This document shows, piece after piece, positions 39,330 to 48,607 of a stretch of 63,157 nt of DNA; within the stretch, counting starts at the first letter, position 1; each line of letters opens with the position of its first letter. The notes under the pieces were generated by a model. The model made no database searches and was not told where the DNA came from. It saw only the letters and a list, made by a program, of their open reading frames with translations. The translations under genes and the position numbers were made by a program. The DNA is from a virus (Duplodnaviria; Caudoviricetes): IMG/VR virus record IMGVR_UViG_3300033272_000024, positions 1 through 63,157 of that record; one strand, given 5' to 3'.

Positions 39330-39701
39330 TCATACGTTCTTCTCCTTCAGCTTGGCTTCGATGGCTCGGGCAAACTTGTCTGCGTGCAAGTCCCTGTTAA
39401 AGCTACAGTCGTTGACCATCTGCCAAATCTCCGCATCCGTCAGCGGCTGGCGCTGGGGTGGTGATGTGTAGTAGGCAGTCGATAGTTCATTGTTTGGCCC
39501 TCCGGGGCCAGCCGGGGAATAGCAGATGTGGACACAACATTCTTCTTCCATCATGAACCCGTAAAACGCTGGCTCCTGCGTTGGTTGTGCCAAGGCAGCT
39601 AATGCTCGGTTAATTATTGACCGATCTTCGTCTGCGCCGGCAATGCAGCACTGGCCATCTGGGCCGCACAGGACGGATTTAAGTTGATCAATTGCATTCA
39701 T
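39330..39701 (-). CDS. Small protein with PLTDAEI...ARAIEAKLKEKN module
   Basis: Likely start MNAIDQ. Confidence 0.65.
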   Translation of the reverse strand: MNAIDQLKSVLCGPDGQCCIAGADEDRSIINRALAALAQPTQEPAFYGFMMEEECCVHICYSPAGPGGPNNELSTAYYTSPPQRQPLTDAEIWQMVNDCSFNRDLHADKFARAIEAKLKEKNV

Positions 39702-39922
39702 TTTTGTTTTTCCTGAGGTTCTTGTGCTGCATAAAGAGCGTACATTAAGCGGCGCTCGATCAAATCTTTTAAATGTTCGTCTGTAGTGTTGGCTAAAGCC
39801 GCTATCAGCCCTTCTACTTCGGCGGCGTAATCTTTCAGCAGCTCGAACAGAAATAACCATAGGAGATTCGTTGGCTTCTTCAATGCGGTCAGCTAAAGCT
39901 AGTAATGGTGCCGGTTGTTTAG

Positions 39923-40168
39923 TCATGCGAACCCCAGTTCTTTTTTAAATGCTGACAGACCCAATATCAGGTCATGGGCTTGGTCGTAGTCCAAACAAAC
40001 ATAATGGTCTTGGCGCATGTCTGAGTGCGATGGAAAGTGGGCTATGTAACCATTGCCTGTGTTTTCTACTGTGCATAAAACATCCGTACTTGGGTGATAT
40101 CCACGGCCTGCGCTGACGGTCGATACGTTCGCCGTGCGTTTGATGATTTCTTCAGGGTAGCGGTTCAT
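39923..40168 (-). CDS. Hypothetical protein
   Basis: Likely start MNRYPEE. Confidence 0.6.
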   Translation of the reverse strand: MNRYPEEIIKRTANVSTVSAGRGYHPSTDVLCTVENTGNGYIAHFPSHSDMRQDHYVCLDYDQAHDLILGLSAFKKELGFA

Positions 40169-40392
40169 ATCAGCATTCCAATCAGCCAGACAACTGGCAA
40201 CATCAATAAACAAAGCACTACGGCGACCATGCCCCATATAGCCCAGCACAATATGCGGTCACCCAAAGGAAACTCATACCGTGCAGTTGAGTCCTCGGGT
40301 GTCTGCGCAGTGTTGAAGTGGCAGCCCCCTTCGCAGGGGTTCCTACGTGGGCACGGCTTGTTGCCCGGTGCGCCGTCACAGAGGCGGGTCAT
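40165..40392 (-). CDS. Small Cys-rich protein with C-terminal TM helix
   Basis: C.....PC...CEGGC followed by a hydrophobic tail. Confidence 0.6.
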   Translation of the reverse strand: MTRLCDGAPGNKPCPRRNPCEGGCHFNTAQTPEDSTARYEFPLGDRILCWAIWGMVAVVLCLLMLPVVWLIGMLI

Positions 40393-40598
40393 AGCACCCT
40401 CGCTTTCAGCATGGCGTCGGCAACTGAATAAGATGAATTTGCAACATTCACCTGCCAACCAGTTCCGTAAAGAGTTTCTGGCAAGTCAGATAACATCCCC
40501 TGCATCGCCTTCGCAGCAAAATAGTCGCGCAGGGTCATACTTTGTGCGTGTTTATCAGTGAAGTATGTGGGCGCTGGCCCGCCTGTGTTTGTAGTCAT
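40389..40598 (-). CDS. TLRDYFAAKAMQ family small protein
   Basis: TGGPA...MTLRDYFAAKAMQG...ADAMLKAR. Confidence 0.75.
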   Translation of the reverse strand: MTTNTGGPAPTYFTDKHAQSMTLRDYFAAKAMQGMLSDLPETLYGTGWQVNVANSSYSVADAMLKARVL

Positions 40599-40767
40599 GT
40601 CACCTCGATCACGTTAGGGTTGCGAAGCAACACTGCTACTGCTAGTGCCCGCTCTTTAGCGTTTTCGCCGGTAATAGATGTCCGCTCAATCCAACCCACT
40701 GTGAACCAGCTTCGGGACTCTACGTACCAATGATTTTTATACTCTGAGTCTTGTCGTATGCGTACTC

Positions 40768-41049
40768 TCATGCTGTGTACTCCAAAGCCTGTAGCTTACT
40801 GATTTGATGTTTAATGCCTGCCGCAAGCTCAGAAAACTTTTTAAAAGCTAGATCGTGTTGTGCTTGTAGAGAAGCGATTTGCTGCTGAGTCGGGTCGTAG
40901 TTGTCAGGAATTTCAATCTCAACGTCTTGTTCGCAAACAAAAGTGCGGTAATTAGTATCTTCAGTTTTAAAACAAAGCGCTATGTACGTGCCTTCAACGT
41001 CGTTAGTCCATTTTTCAAAGTAGATGAACAAGTGCATTTTTGTTTTCAT
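40768..41049 (-). CDS. Hypothetical protein
   Basis: Coupled ORF with a coiled-coil C-terminus. Confidence 0.7.
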   Translation of the reverse strand: MKTKMHLFIYFEKWTNDVEGTYIALCFKTEDTNYRTFVCEQDVEIEIPDNYDPTQQQIASLQAQHDLAFKKFSELAAGIKHQISKLQALEYTA

Positions 41050-41261
41050 GATTCTTCCTTGGTTTGCTCTTTGAGTTGAGCTTTAACAAATGATTTGAGG
41101 CGGGTGATACGGGCTTTGTTGTAAGAAACTAATGAGTTGGCGTACTCAACGCCTGTCTCTGCTTTAAGAAGTGAAAACTCAGCCTCTGTTAGCTCATTGA
41201 TTGCCACTTGTAGAGGGGTAACACGTTTAAAAATCATTCGTAGGTCTTGGTGCATAGTCAT
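41046..41261 (-). CDS. Hypothetical protein
   Basis: Coupled ORF. Confidence 0.7.
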   Translation of the reverse strand: MTMHQDLRMIFKRVTPLQVAINELTEAEFSLLKAETGVEYANSLVSYNKARITRLKSFVKAQLKEQTKEES

Positions 41262-41545
41262 AGAATTTCAGCCTTAATTAGTTTGCCTGTCTCGCCGTCG
41301 AAGGTAAGTTTGAGATTATCTAGGCTGAATTGTCTAGATGAGAAAGCATCTGAGCCTCTTGTTGCTACACACGTATATCTTGTTAGATCAGGCTTCGGTG
41401 TTGGCTTGACGCGATAGATACGATCTGGATGCCAGACCTCATACCATGTGCGCGATACCCATTTTCCAAGGGCGTCATCAAATTGCTCTATCTCAGCCCC
41501 GTCAGCCCATGCGTGAATGAGTGCTGCGTGTTTGAGTGGTTTCAT
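41258..41545 (-). CDS. Hypothetical protein (KHA.LI.AWADGA.IE family)
   Basis: Likely start MKPLKH; YRVKP; LTFDGETGKL..AE. Confidence 0.7.
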   Translation of the reverse strand: MKPLKHAALIHAWADGAEIEQFDDALGKWVSRTWYEVWHPDRIYRVKPTPKPDLTRYTCVATRGSDAFSSRQFSLDNLKLTFDGETGKLIKAEIL

Positions 41546-41546
41546 T

Positions 41547-41681
41547 TCAATCATCCTTGTGTTCGCAAAATTCACATCCCGGATGATCTGGATCACGACA
41601 GTCCGGGTTTTTTTGTAGCTCTGCCTCACGAAGCCTGTCATTGCGACGTTCATGAGCAGCTTCTTGCTCATAGTTGTCCAT
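41547..41681 (-). CDS. Small protein with CRDPDHPGCxxC motif (44 aa; below cutoff)
   Basis: Read manually: MDNYEQEAAHERR...NPDCRDPDHPGCEFCEHKDD. Confidence 0.55.
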   Translation of the reverse strand: MDNYEQEAAHERRNDRLREAELQKNPDCRDPDHPGCEFCEHKDD

Positions 41682-41769
41682 TTCTTCGGGTGTTATCAAT
41701 GCTTCTCCTTGTTTGTTTGCCGTAATTTAACACAGGATGTAGCACATAGCAAGGGGGTGAACCTGCCTG

Positions 41770-41798
41770 TTGACAAAGATTTGTTTGTGCTTTACATT
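41770..41798 (+). promoter_or_regulatory. Sigma70-like rightward promoter of the replication operon
   Basis: TTGACA-N17-TACATT; ATG follows at 41805. Confidence 0.75.
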
Positions 41799-41804
41799 TG
41801 TCTC

Positions 41805-42260
41805 ATGAAAAAAAGAACTAAGCGCAAAATTTACCCGTTGGTGAACACGATAACGTTTGCCATAGAAGGGGCAAGAGTGATAGATGAGGCCATGCTGACG
41901 GAGGCTAGGCGGCTTGAATTGGCGGCTATAGACGCCTTTAAAACGGGCGAGGCAACAAGGACGCACTGGAATCAATTGAACGACATGGCCTCATTGGGAG
42001 AGCTAATGGCTCTGGATGGCGTGGGGGTTGAGGTGTTAGAGGTGGCGGAAAAAGCAGAGGACTTTTTAAGGGACGCCAAGAAACGTTTCGCTGAAACAGG
42101 AAAAATGAGCTTTGAAGCAGCGGGAGTGATTACACTCAACGACCTTCATGAGTACCACGATTTGCAGAGGCAGTCCGTATCCCGTGCTGGGTACTGGCTG
42201 TACGTAAAAAAGATGATGGACTTGCGTAGAAGCAAAGCGCCAATGGTAAAGATTATTTAA
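41805..42260 (+). CDS. Conserved hypothetical protein
   Basis: Likely start MKKRTKRKIYPL; no SD visible. Confidence 0.7.
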   Translation: MKKRTKRKIYPLVNTITFAIEGARVIDEAMLTEARRLELAAIDAFKTGEATRTHWNQLNDMASLGELMALDGVGVEVLEVAEKAEDFLRDAKKRFAETGKMSFEAAGVITLNDLHEYHDLQRQSVSRAGYWLYVKKMMDLRRSKAPMVKII

Positions 42261-42270
42261 AGGAGTAGGT

Positions 42271-42459
42271 ATGAGTGTGTGGCGAGGGACAAGCATCAAC
42301 AAAAGTGAGGCGAACGCGTTTAACTGGCGGGGTAACAGTGAAATCATGAAAGACCCCAGCATGAAGCGCATAGAAGTAGCAAATCAATTAAAAAAGAAGA
42401 GCCTAGAGCCGCGCTACTCGGGTCTGGTTCTGGCAAAGCAAGGAAAATTCAGTGTCTAA
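42271..42459 (+). CDS. Hypothetical protein
   Basis: AAGGAG RBS. Confidence 0.6.
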   Translation: MSVWRGTSINKSEANAFNWRGNSEIMKDPSMKRIEVANQLKKKSLEPRYSGLVLAKQGKFSV

Positions 42460-43243
42460 AATTCTCAACATCGACAACATTCGCATAGATGCGGGAACAC
42501 AATCCCGCGAAAAAATTGATGAAGACGTAGTGAGAGACTATGCAGAGTGCATGGCTGACGGTGTGGGTTTCCCACCTGTTGATGTAATGTTTGACGGCGT
42601 AGAGTACTACTTGACGGATGGCTTTCACCGTTACCACGCCCACCGTAAGAACGGAAAAGTCAGCATTGAAGCTGAAGTGACAAACGGTACGCTGCGTGAT
42701 GCAAAGCTGGCGTCTTATGCTGCTAATGGCAGGCACGGCTTGCGTCCATCAAACGCTGACAAACGCAAAGCAGTAATGTCAATGCTGGATGACATGGAAT
42801 ACAGCGGCTGGTCTAACGTAGAGATTGCAGTGCATTGTGCGGTTTCACGGGTGTACGTAGCAAACCTACGCAAAGAACTTGAAACACCAAAAGAAAAGAC
42901 AAGCGCCAAAGCCAAGGTAGGCGACAAGCCGCTGAAGGATGAAGTTAGCACCACTGACTTGCCTCCAGAAACACTACCAGACAACCGTGCAGAAGAAGCC
43001 ATGCAGATGCTGGCAGCGGACAACGAAACATTGACGCAGCGGCTTGCAGTGGCGGCTATGGATGCAACAGAAGAAGAAAAAGCATTGGCGACCATGCTGA
43101 TTGCTGACTACGTTGAGCAGATCCGCATCTTGAACATTGAGCTAGTGTCTGTAAAGCTGAGCCGGGATCGGTTCCAAGCTGAAAACTCTGAGCTTAAGAA
43201 GCAGGTCAAGAGCCTAGAGCACGTTATCAAAAAGAACTCGTAA
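42452..43243 (+). CDS. ParB/Srx N-terminal domain protein with HTH and coiled coil
   Basis: FPPVDV...YYLTDGFHRYHA; N..HGL...D; WSNVEIAVHCAVSRVYVANLR. Confidence 0.82.
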   Translation: MSKILNIDNIRIDAGTQSREKIDEDVVRDYAECMADGVGFPPVDVMFDGVEYYLTDGFHRYHAHRKNGKVSIEAEVTNGTLRDAKLASYAANGRHGLRPSNADKRKAVMSMLDDMEYSGWSNVEIAVHCAVSRVYVANLRKELETPKEKTSAKAKVGDKPLKDEVSTTDLPPETLPDNRAEEAMQMLAADNETLTQRLAVAAMDATEEEKALATMLIADYVEQIRILNIELVSVKLSRDRFQAENSELKKQVKSLEHVIKKNS

Positions 43244-43288
43244 ACATTTGCCCAAGTTGCCGGGCAGGTATGGCAACGGAAAGAAACA

Positions 43289-44755
43289 ATGGCTTTAAAT
43301 TTAAGAGCGTATCAAACGCTGGCGTTAAACGGTTTGCGTGCAGGCTTTGCAGCGGGGAAGCGGTCACAGATTTTGTACCTACCTACGGGTGGTGGCAAAA
43401 CTGAGGTTGCTATCGCCCTGCTGGAAGCCACAAAGACCAAGGGAAACAAAGCGGCAATGGTTCTGGATAGGATCATTCTCTGCGACCAGACAAGCCTACG
43501 ATTAACAAAGTACGGAATTGACCACGGCGTACTTCAGTCCGGGCATTGGCGGTATAGACCCTATGAAGCAATACAGGTATGCAGCGCACAGACTATAGAG
43601 AAACGCGGATCGTTTCCCGGCCTGACCATTTTGATAATTGATGAGTGTCATTCGACGCGCAAACAAACAATTGACTTTATCAAAGCCAATCCAGACATCA
43701 AGGTAGTTGGACTAAGTGCTACACCTTTTACCAAGGGGCTAGGAAACGTTTACGAGAACGTGGTGAGTACGATAACCACGGCTGAGCTTGTAAAAGCCAA
43801 GGTACTTTCTCCACTGAAAGTGTTTATTGCCAAAGAGATAGACATGGAAGGCGCTAAGAAAGTGGCGGGTGAGTGGAGCCAAGGCGAGGCCACCAAGCGC
43901 GGAATGCAGATCACAGGCGACATCGTTACCGAATGGATTAAAAAGACCCATGAGATTTATGGCAAGCCACGTAAGACGATTGTGTTTTGTTCTGGCGTCG
44001 AGCATGGCGCTGACCTATCTAAACAGTTTGCAGCACAGGGCTACAACTTCATCAGCATCAGCTACAAAGATGAAGATCAGTTTAAAAAGGATGTGATTGA
44101 AGACTTCAACAAGCCAGATACAGAAATACACGGGCTGATTGCCACTGATATTTTGACCAAGGGCTTTGACGTTCCCGACGTAATGATTGGCGTGAGTGCT
44201 AGGCCATTCAGCAAATCGTTGTCATCGCACATTCAGCAAATGGGTAGGGTCATGCGCGGTCTTGAGGGGAAAGATTTTGCCGTTTGGCTGGATCATTCGG
44301 GTAACTACCTGCGCTTCCAAGAAGACTGGGATCAGATTTACTCGGAAGGCGTGCAGACCCTAGACGACGGGAAAGAAAAAGCCAAGAAGGAAAAGACAGA
44401 AGGGGAAAAGGAAGCGGCCAAGTGTCCTAAATGTGGGGCTATGTGGCCCTCTCAGTCTGATACTTGCTTGCACTGTGGGCATACCCGTCAAAGAAAGAAC
44501 AAGGTAGACAGCGTACCCGGTGAAATGGAGGAGCTAACCGGGAGCAAAAGTCGGGAAGAAAAGCAAGAGTGGTGGAGTATGTGCCAATACAAAATCAACT
44601 ATTCAGGATGGTCTAGCGGGAGAGCAGCACACACCTACAAAGACAAGTTTGGAGTCTGGCCCAAGGGTTTGGCTGACGTACCGAAAGCGCCAGACGTAGT
44701 TTTTGAGAAGGCAGTGAAGGCTGCGATTATTCGATACATAAAAGGCAAAAAATGA
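43289..44755 (+). CDS. SF2 DExH helicase with C-terminal zinc ribbon
   Basis: PTGGGKT, DECH, GLSATP, GFDVP, QQMGR.MR; CPKC...CLHCG. Confidence 0.93.
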   Translation: MALNLRAYQTLALNGLRAGFAAGKRSQILYLPTGGGKTEVAIALLEATKTKGNKAAMVLDRIILCDQTSLRLTKYGIDHGVLQSGHWRYRPYEAIQVCSAQTIEKRGSFPGLTILIIDECHSTRKQTIDFIKANPDIKVVGLSATPFTKGLGNVYENVVSTITTAELVKAKVLSPLKVFIAKEIDMEGAKKVAGEWSQGEATKRGMQITGDIVTEWIKKTHEIYGKPRKTIVFCSGVEHGADLSKQFAAQGYNFISISYKDEDQFKKDVIEDFNKPDTEIHGLIATDILTKGFDVPDVMIGVSARPFSKSLSSHIQQMGRVMRGLEGKDFAVWLDHSGNYLRFQEDWDQIYSEGVQTLDDGKEKAKKEKTEGEKEAAKCPKCGAMWPSQSDTCLHCGHTRQRKNKVDSVPGEMEELTGSKSREEKQEWWSMCQYKINYSGWSSGRAAHTYKDKFGVWPKGLADVPKAPDVVFEKAVKAAIIRYIKGKK

Positions 44756-44922
44756 TGACCAAAAAAGAGCTATTGCAAATGGATACCCTGCGTGCTCAGT
44801 TGGCAGCAGAGCAGCAGCGAAGCGAAAAAGCCATAACCGCCTACCGGGAAAACTTGTACGAACTGGTTGAGTGCAAGATAAAACTTGAGCGGATTCAGAA
44901 AGTTATAGAAGGGCAAGAGTAA
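44752..44922 (+). CDS. Small coiled-coil protein (56 aa; below cutoff)
   Basis: Read manually; overlaps the helicase stop and the primase start. Confidence 0.6.
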   Translation: MMTKKELLQMDTLRAQLAAEQQRSEKAITAYRENLYELVECKIKLERIQKVIEGQE

Positions 44923-45764
44923 TGGACTTGCTGACATTTTGCAGGTTGCATGGCATCCTGATAAACCACGTTCCTCCCCTTGGCGTATGGAAACGTTTCG
45001 CCACGGAAGACCACCCGCGAAGCACGAACGGCGCTGTGAAGTACATGGGTAACTTTGCCCACGTACAAAATCACGCTGTAATGCTGGAGCCGGTAACGTG
45101 GCAGGCAGATGACGACCAAAAGATTGCCCCGCAACTAATCGTCAGGCAAGCAAAAGAGCAGGACGATAGAACGGCCAAACTGCAAAAGGATGCTGCATCA
45201 AAGGCGGCATGGATAGTAAACCAATGCCAAATGGCGAAGCATGAGTATCTCCTTGCAAAAGGCTTTCCCGATGAGCAGGGTCTGGTGTGGCTAACCGACG
45301 ACAAAAAAATTCTAGTAATCCCCATGCGGATAGATAACCGACTGTTGGGGTGTCAGTTAATTGACACTGAGGGGGACAAGAAGTTTTTGTTTGGGCAGAA
45401 GACCTCGGGTGCGGCCATGACGTTTGACAACAAAGGGCTGCACATACTATGCGAGGGTTACGCTACTGGCTTGAGTGTGAAGGCTGCACTGAAAAACATG
45501 AAGCGGCGTTACACAATTCACGTTTGCTTTAGCGCTGGCAACATGGTGAAGGTGGCAAAAACTCTACAAGGGGGGTTTGTGGTTGCCGACCATGACAAGC
45601 CTAACCCGCAAAACGGGACTCGGGCTGGTCAGGTGGCTGTTGACAGTATCGGCTGGCCCTACTGGATGAGCGATACAGAAGGTGAAGACGCTAACGACAC
45701 GCACCAAAGGCTAGGGCTGTTTAAGTTTGCACAAAGCATGGTTCGCTCAATGCCGGTGGTCTAG
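44922..45764 (+). CDS. Toprim-domain primase (TraC-like)
   Basis: H.YL..KG, LVIPM, QLI...G.KKFL.G, LCEGYATGLS, ADHD, DAND. Confidence 0.88.
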   Translation: MDLLTFCRLHGILINHVPPLGVWKRFATEDHPRSTNGAVKYMGNFAHVQNHAVMLEPVTWQADDDQKIAPQLIVRQAKEQDDRTAKLQKDAASKAAWIVNQCQMAKHEYLLAKGFPDEQGLVWLTDDKKILVIPMRIDNRLLGCQLIDTEGDKKFLFGQKTSGAAMTFDNKGLHILCEGYATGLSVKAALKNMKRRYTIHVCFSAGNMVKVAKTLQGGFVVADHDKPNPQNGTRAGQVAVDSIGWPYWMSDTEGEDANDTHQRLGLFKFAQSMVRSMPVV

Positions 45765-45926
45765 TAGCCACTCGGCGGCAAGCTGGCAGGCAGCTATGAG
45801 AGTAGGGGTTTTCCCCTTCTCAAGCTGCTTAGCCAACTTCATGGCCGACATCATTTCGTTGTGTGTCTTAGCCTTGGCCCCTGCGACGTAAGCATGGGTC
45901 AGTGGATTGTCGTGTTCTGGGATCAT
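45747..45926 (-). CDS. Hypothetical early protein
   Basis: Likely start MIPEHD (ATGA overlap). Confidence 0.55.
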   Translation of the reverse strand: MIPEHDNPLTHAYVAGAKAKTHNEMMSAMKLAKQLEKGKTPTLIAACQLAAEWLLDHRH

Positions 45927-47373
45927 GATGGATAGCACTTGCAATAAAAGTTGTGGCCGAACTCGTCAACAAAGTATAAGTTTTCTGAGCCGGTGCTGGT
46001 CAGTGTAATAGCGCCAGTGCCCAGCCAAGCCTCCATCGTGGGCACTTCGATTTCTTTGCACTCTGGCAAAGGGGTCGTTTTAAATTTATAAGTAAGCATG
46101 GTTTTCTCCTTGTTTAAAAAAGTGCGTCCTGCTGCTGGGCACGCTGTTTAAGTTGGTAGGCTTTTATCTGTTCCGCCGTCCAAGGCACTGGCCCGGACAG
46201 CGGAGGAAAAGGCCAACTCATGTAAGCGGAATTTCTATCTGCTTGCTTAAGTCTCGCAGTAGTGGGGCTTGAATCCACTGCTCTCCAGATTGTGCAATCC
46301 AATACCGGCCATGATTGGTGATTGTCCAAACCTTGCCGCAGCCGTAGCCAACGTACTGGCCTTTTTTAAATGCGCTTTTTTCGATGTTAAGCATGGTTTT
46401 CTCCTTTAACTTGCGGTGTGGATAACTTCGCTGCCATCAGGACGAGCGGCCAGCATAACGGTAACGTCGTAGGACTTGCGTGCCTTGAAAGCCTTTGCAG
46501 CTATTTCCTGCGCGTCGAATGAACGCATTGCTTTAACTTCCATTTGCTTGCCGCGATAAAAAGCGATATAGGTAAACATTGTTCTCTCCTTCTTATTCAG
46601 TCCAACAAAAAATTGCCGGTACTTTGGTGTTGTTGAGTTTTAATTCGGCGGTGATGCGTTGATACTCGGCGCTTTCCTTTGGGGTAAATGCGTAGTAACC
46701 CGGCGTAGGTGTGGCGAGTGTTGATCCGTTCTTTTCGCGGGTGTGAACTACTACGCGGCCAGTAGATAAGGTGATATTGTTAAGCATGGTTTTCCCCTTG
46801 TTAAAGCAAAATGTTTTCTTCTTCTTCAAGCCTGATAAAAGGCCATCTGTCAAAGCCACTAATCGAATAGTAAAAGCCTAATTTGTCGGTCACTCGGATT
46901 TGCGTGTATCCGTCTTTGGCGGTTGTAACTTGGATGCAAAGCATGGTTTTCTCCTTGTCGGCACTGTTGCCGCCTAAACCCTTGGCGAAGGGCTTAGACT
47001 GGATCAGTACTCGTCGGCGTAGTCTTCCAAGCTGGTTATCAGTCCGTCAAAATCCTCAGTCGGGCCTAGTACATCAGCCATTGCAAAAACGGCGCTACGG
47101 TCGTATTCCTCGCAGAGTGATTCAAGATATTCGCGGCGGTTTACAAAGCCTTGTGAGGTGTAGGCGTTGGTGTTAAACATGGGTTTCTCCTTGGGTTTAA
47201 TAGGTCAGTCGGGCTTCTTCGCGGCCTTGCTCGATGAGATAACGGGCTTCGGCGCGTTCGTCAATCTGCTCTGACTCCAGCATCCTGCGGATGATGATCG
47301 CTTGCGCGGTGCTGGTGGCGGTTTTCTCGTAGTTGTAACCTGCGGTGATGTAGTCGGCGGCGGTGTAGTTCAT
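45923..47373 (-). other. Array of at least 8 tiny early genes (mostly under 60 aa), most with a strong RBS
   Basis: Read manually: starts at about 46099, 46221, 46394, 46579, 46787, 46944, 47180 and 47373; several share AGGAGAAAACC-ATG-CTT. Confidence 0.7.
46945..47001 (-). ncRNA. Repeated double-hairpin cis-RNA element, copy A
   Basis: GTCTAAGCCCTT-CGCC-AAGGGTTTAGGC, then GGCA-ACAG-TGCC, then RBS. Confidence 0.65.
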
Positions 47374-47546
47374 GATTGTTTTTCCAAAAGATAACGGGCT
47401 TCGGCTTCAAGTTCTTCGGCTGTTTGTTCATGCTGGCGCATACTCTGCGACGAATGATTTAAATAATCGTCGCTCTGCTTCCTGTGCCACATGGCGAGGT
47501 GTTGCAGGGTAACGGCTTGGGCGGTATTTGATAAGGGCGTCATGGT

Positions 47547-47825
47547 TTAGAAAAGTGGGTTTTGTTTGCTGGTGGTGCGGGGCTGGTTTAACGTGTGGGC
47601 CAGCGTGAAAGCTGCGGCTTCGGCGGCTTGCAGGGTGTCGGCTGGTTTCAGTGCCTTAAATTGTCCGGTGTCACCGTCCCAATAATCAAGGGCTGGCGTC
47701 AGTTTGTAAGCTGCTGCGCATCGCTGTGCCTCGTCTAGTGTTCCGTCTTTGCACGCTGGCATGGCTTGGTGGATTAAGCGCCACTGTCCGGCGCTGTTGC
47801 TGTAGTAGGTGGTCGGTTCGGTCAT
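47547..47825 (-). CDS. Hypothetical early protein
   Basis: ORF with upstream TGGAAACAATC-ATG. Confidence 0.65.
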   Translation of the reverse strand: MTEPTTYYSNSAGQWRLIHQAMPACKDGTLDEAQRCAAAYKLTPALDYWDGDTGQFKALKPADTLQAAEAAAFTLAHTLNQPRTTSKQNPLF

Positions 47826-47993
47826 GATTGTTTCCAGTGCTTACAGGCGCGGCTACTGGTGTAGTAGGCTGCGCTTGAATCGCTCAGCGCGTATTCCATC
47901 AGCATTGCGCGCGCCTCCTTGTAGGTCGTGAACTCGTCCACGGTTTCGACTTGTTTGCCGGTGCGGCGTTGAATGTAAATCATAGGGTTCCCC

Positions 47994-48176
47994 TTAGAGT
48001 GTGGCGCGGTCAGCTAGGTCGTGGCGAATGGTTCCGGCGCGTTCAAGGTGGTCGATATAGTCGCACCACGTTGCGCGGATTGTGGCGTTGTAATCGTTTT
48101 GCTTGGTTTGTCCTCGGCGCGTAAATTGTGGGTGTTGGCTCCAAAATTCGGCGCGAAGTTCTTTTTGTGTGGTCAT
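47994..48176 (-). CDS. Hypothetical early protein
   Basis: QKELRAEFW..HP...R..W.DYID.L...G.I...LA.R.TL. Confidence 0.7.
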   Translation of the reverse strand: MTTQKELRAEFWSQHPQFTRRGQTKQNDYNATIRATWCDYIDHLERAGTIRHDLADRATL

Positions 48177-48547
48177 GCTGTTTGCTCCTGAAATGTTTTG
48201 ATTTCGGCGGCTGCTGCGGTGTTGATCGCGGAAAAATCAACTCCTGCGGCTTTCCACAATTGGGTCAGTTTGCGGGCGTTGATAGCGTAAGTGTCTAGCA
48301 GTGTGATGAGAATCACAAGCTCACGCCCAGCAGCTAACGGCTTGCAGTTCTTAACGATCTGCTCTGCGTGAAACATCGGGCCAGCGCCATAAGTGCCATT
48401 AAGCAGCCAACTAATACGGGCAACGCTGGTTTGCGGGTCAATCCATCCGTCTGCGTCACTGCGCCATTCTTTGCCCAGCGTGCGGCGTGCGTCCATCGCT
48501 TTAAGGTGGTTGCTCAGTTCTTGGCTTCTGTATTCGTCATTGGTCAT
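48173..48547 (-). CDS. Hypothetical early protein
   Basis: AGGAGAAACCACA-ATG. Confidence 0.7.
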   Translation of the reverse strand: MTNDEYRSQELSNHLKAMDARRTLGKEWRSDADGWIDPQTSVARISWLLNGTYGAGPMFHAEQIVKNCKPLAAGRELVILITLLDTYAINARKLTQLWKAAGVDFSAINTAAAAEIKTFQEQTA

Positions 48548-48603
48548 TGTGGTTTCTCCTGCATGGCGTAATTGCCCGTTAACCCTCGGCGAAGGGCTAA
48601 CAG
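48548..48603 (-). ncRNA. Repeated double-hairpin cis-RNA element, copy B
   Basis: CTGTTAGCCCTT-CGCC-GAGGGTTAACGG, then GGC-AATTAC-GCC, then RBS. Confidence 0.65.
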
Positions 48604-48607
48604 TTAA

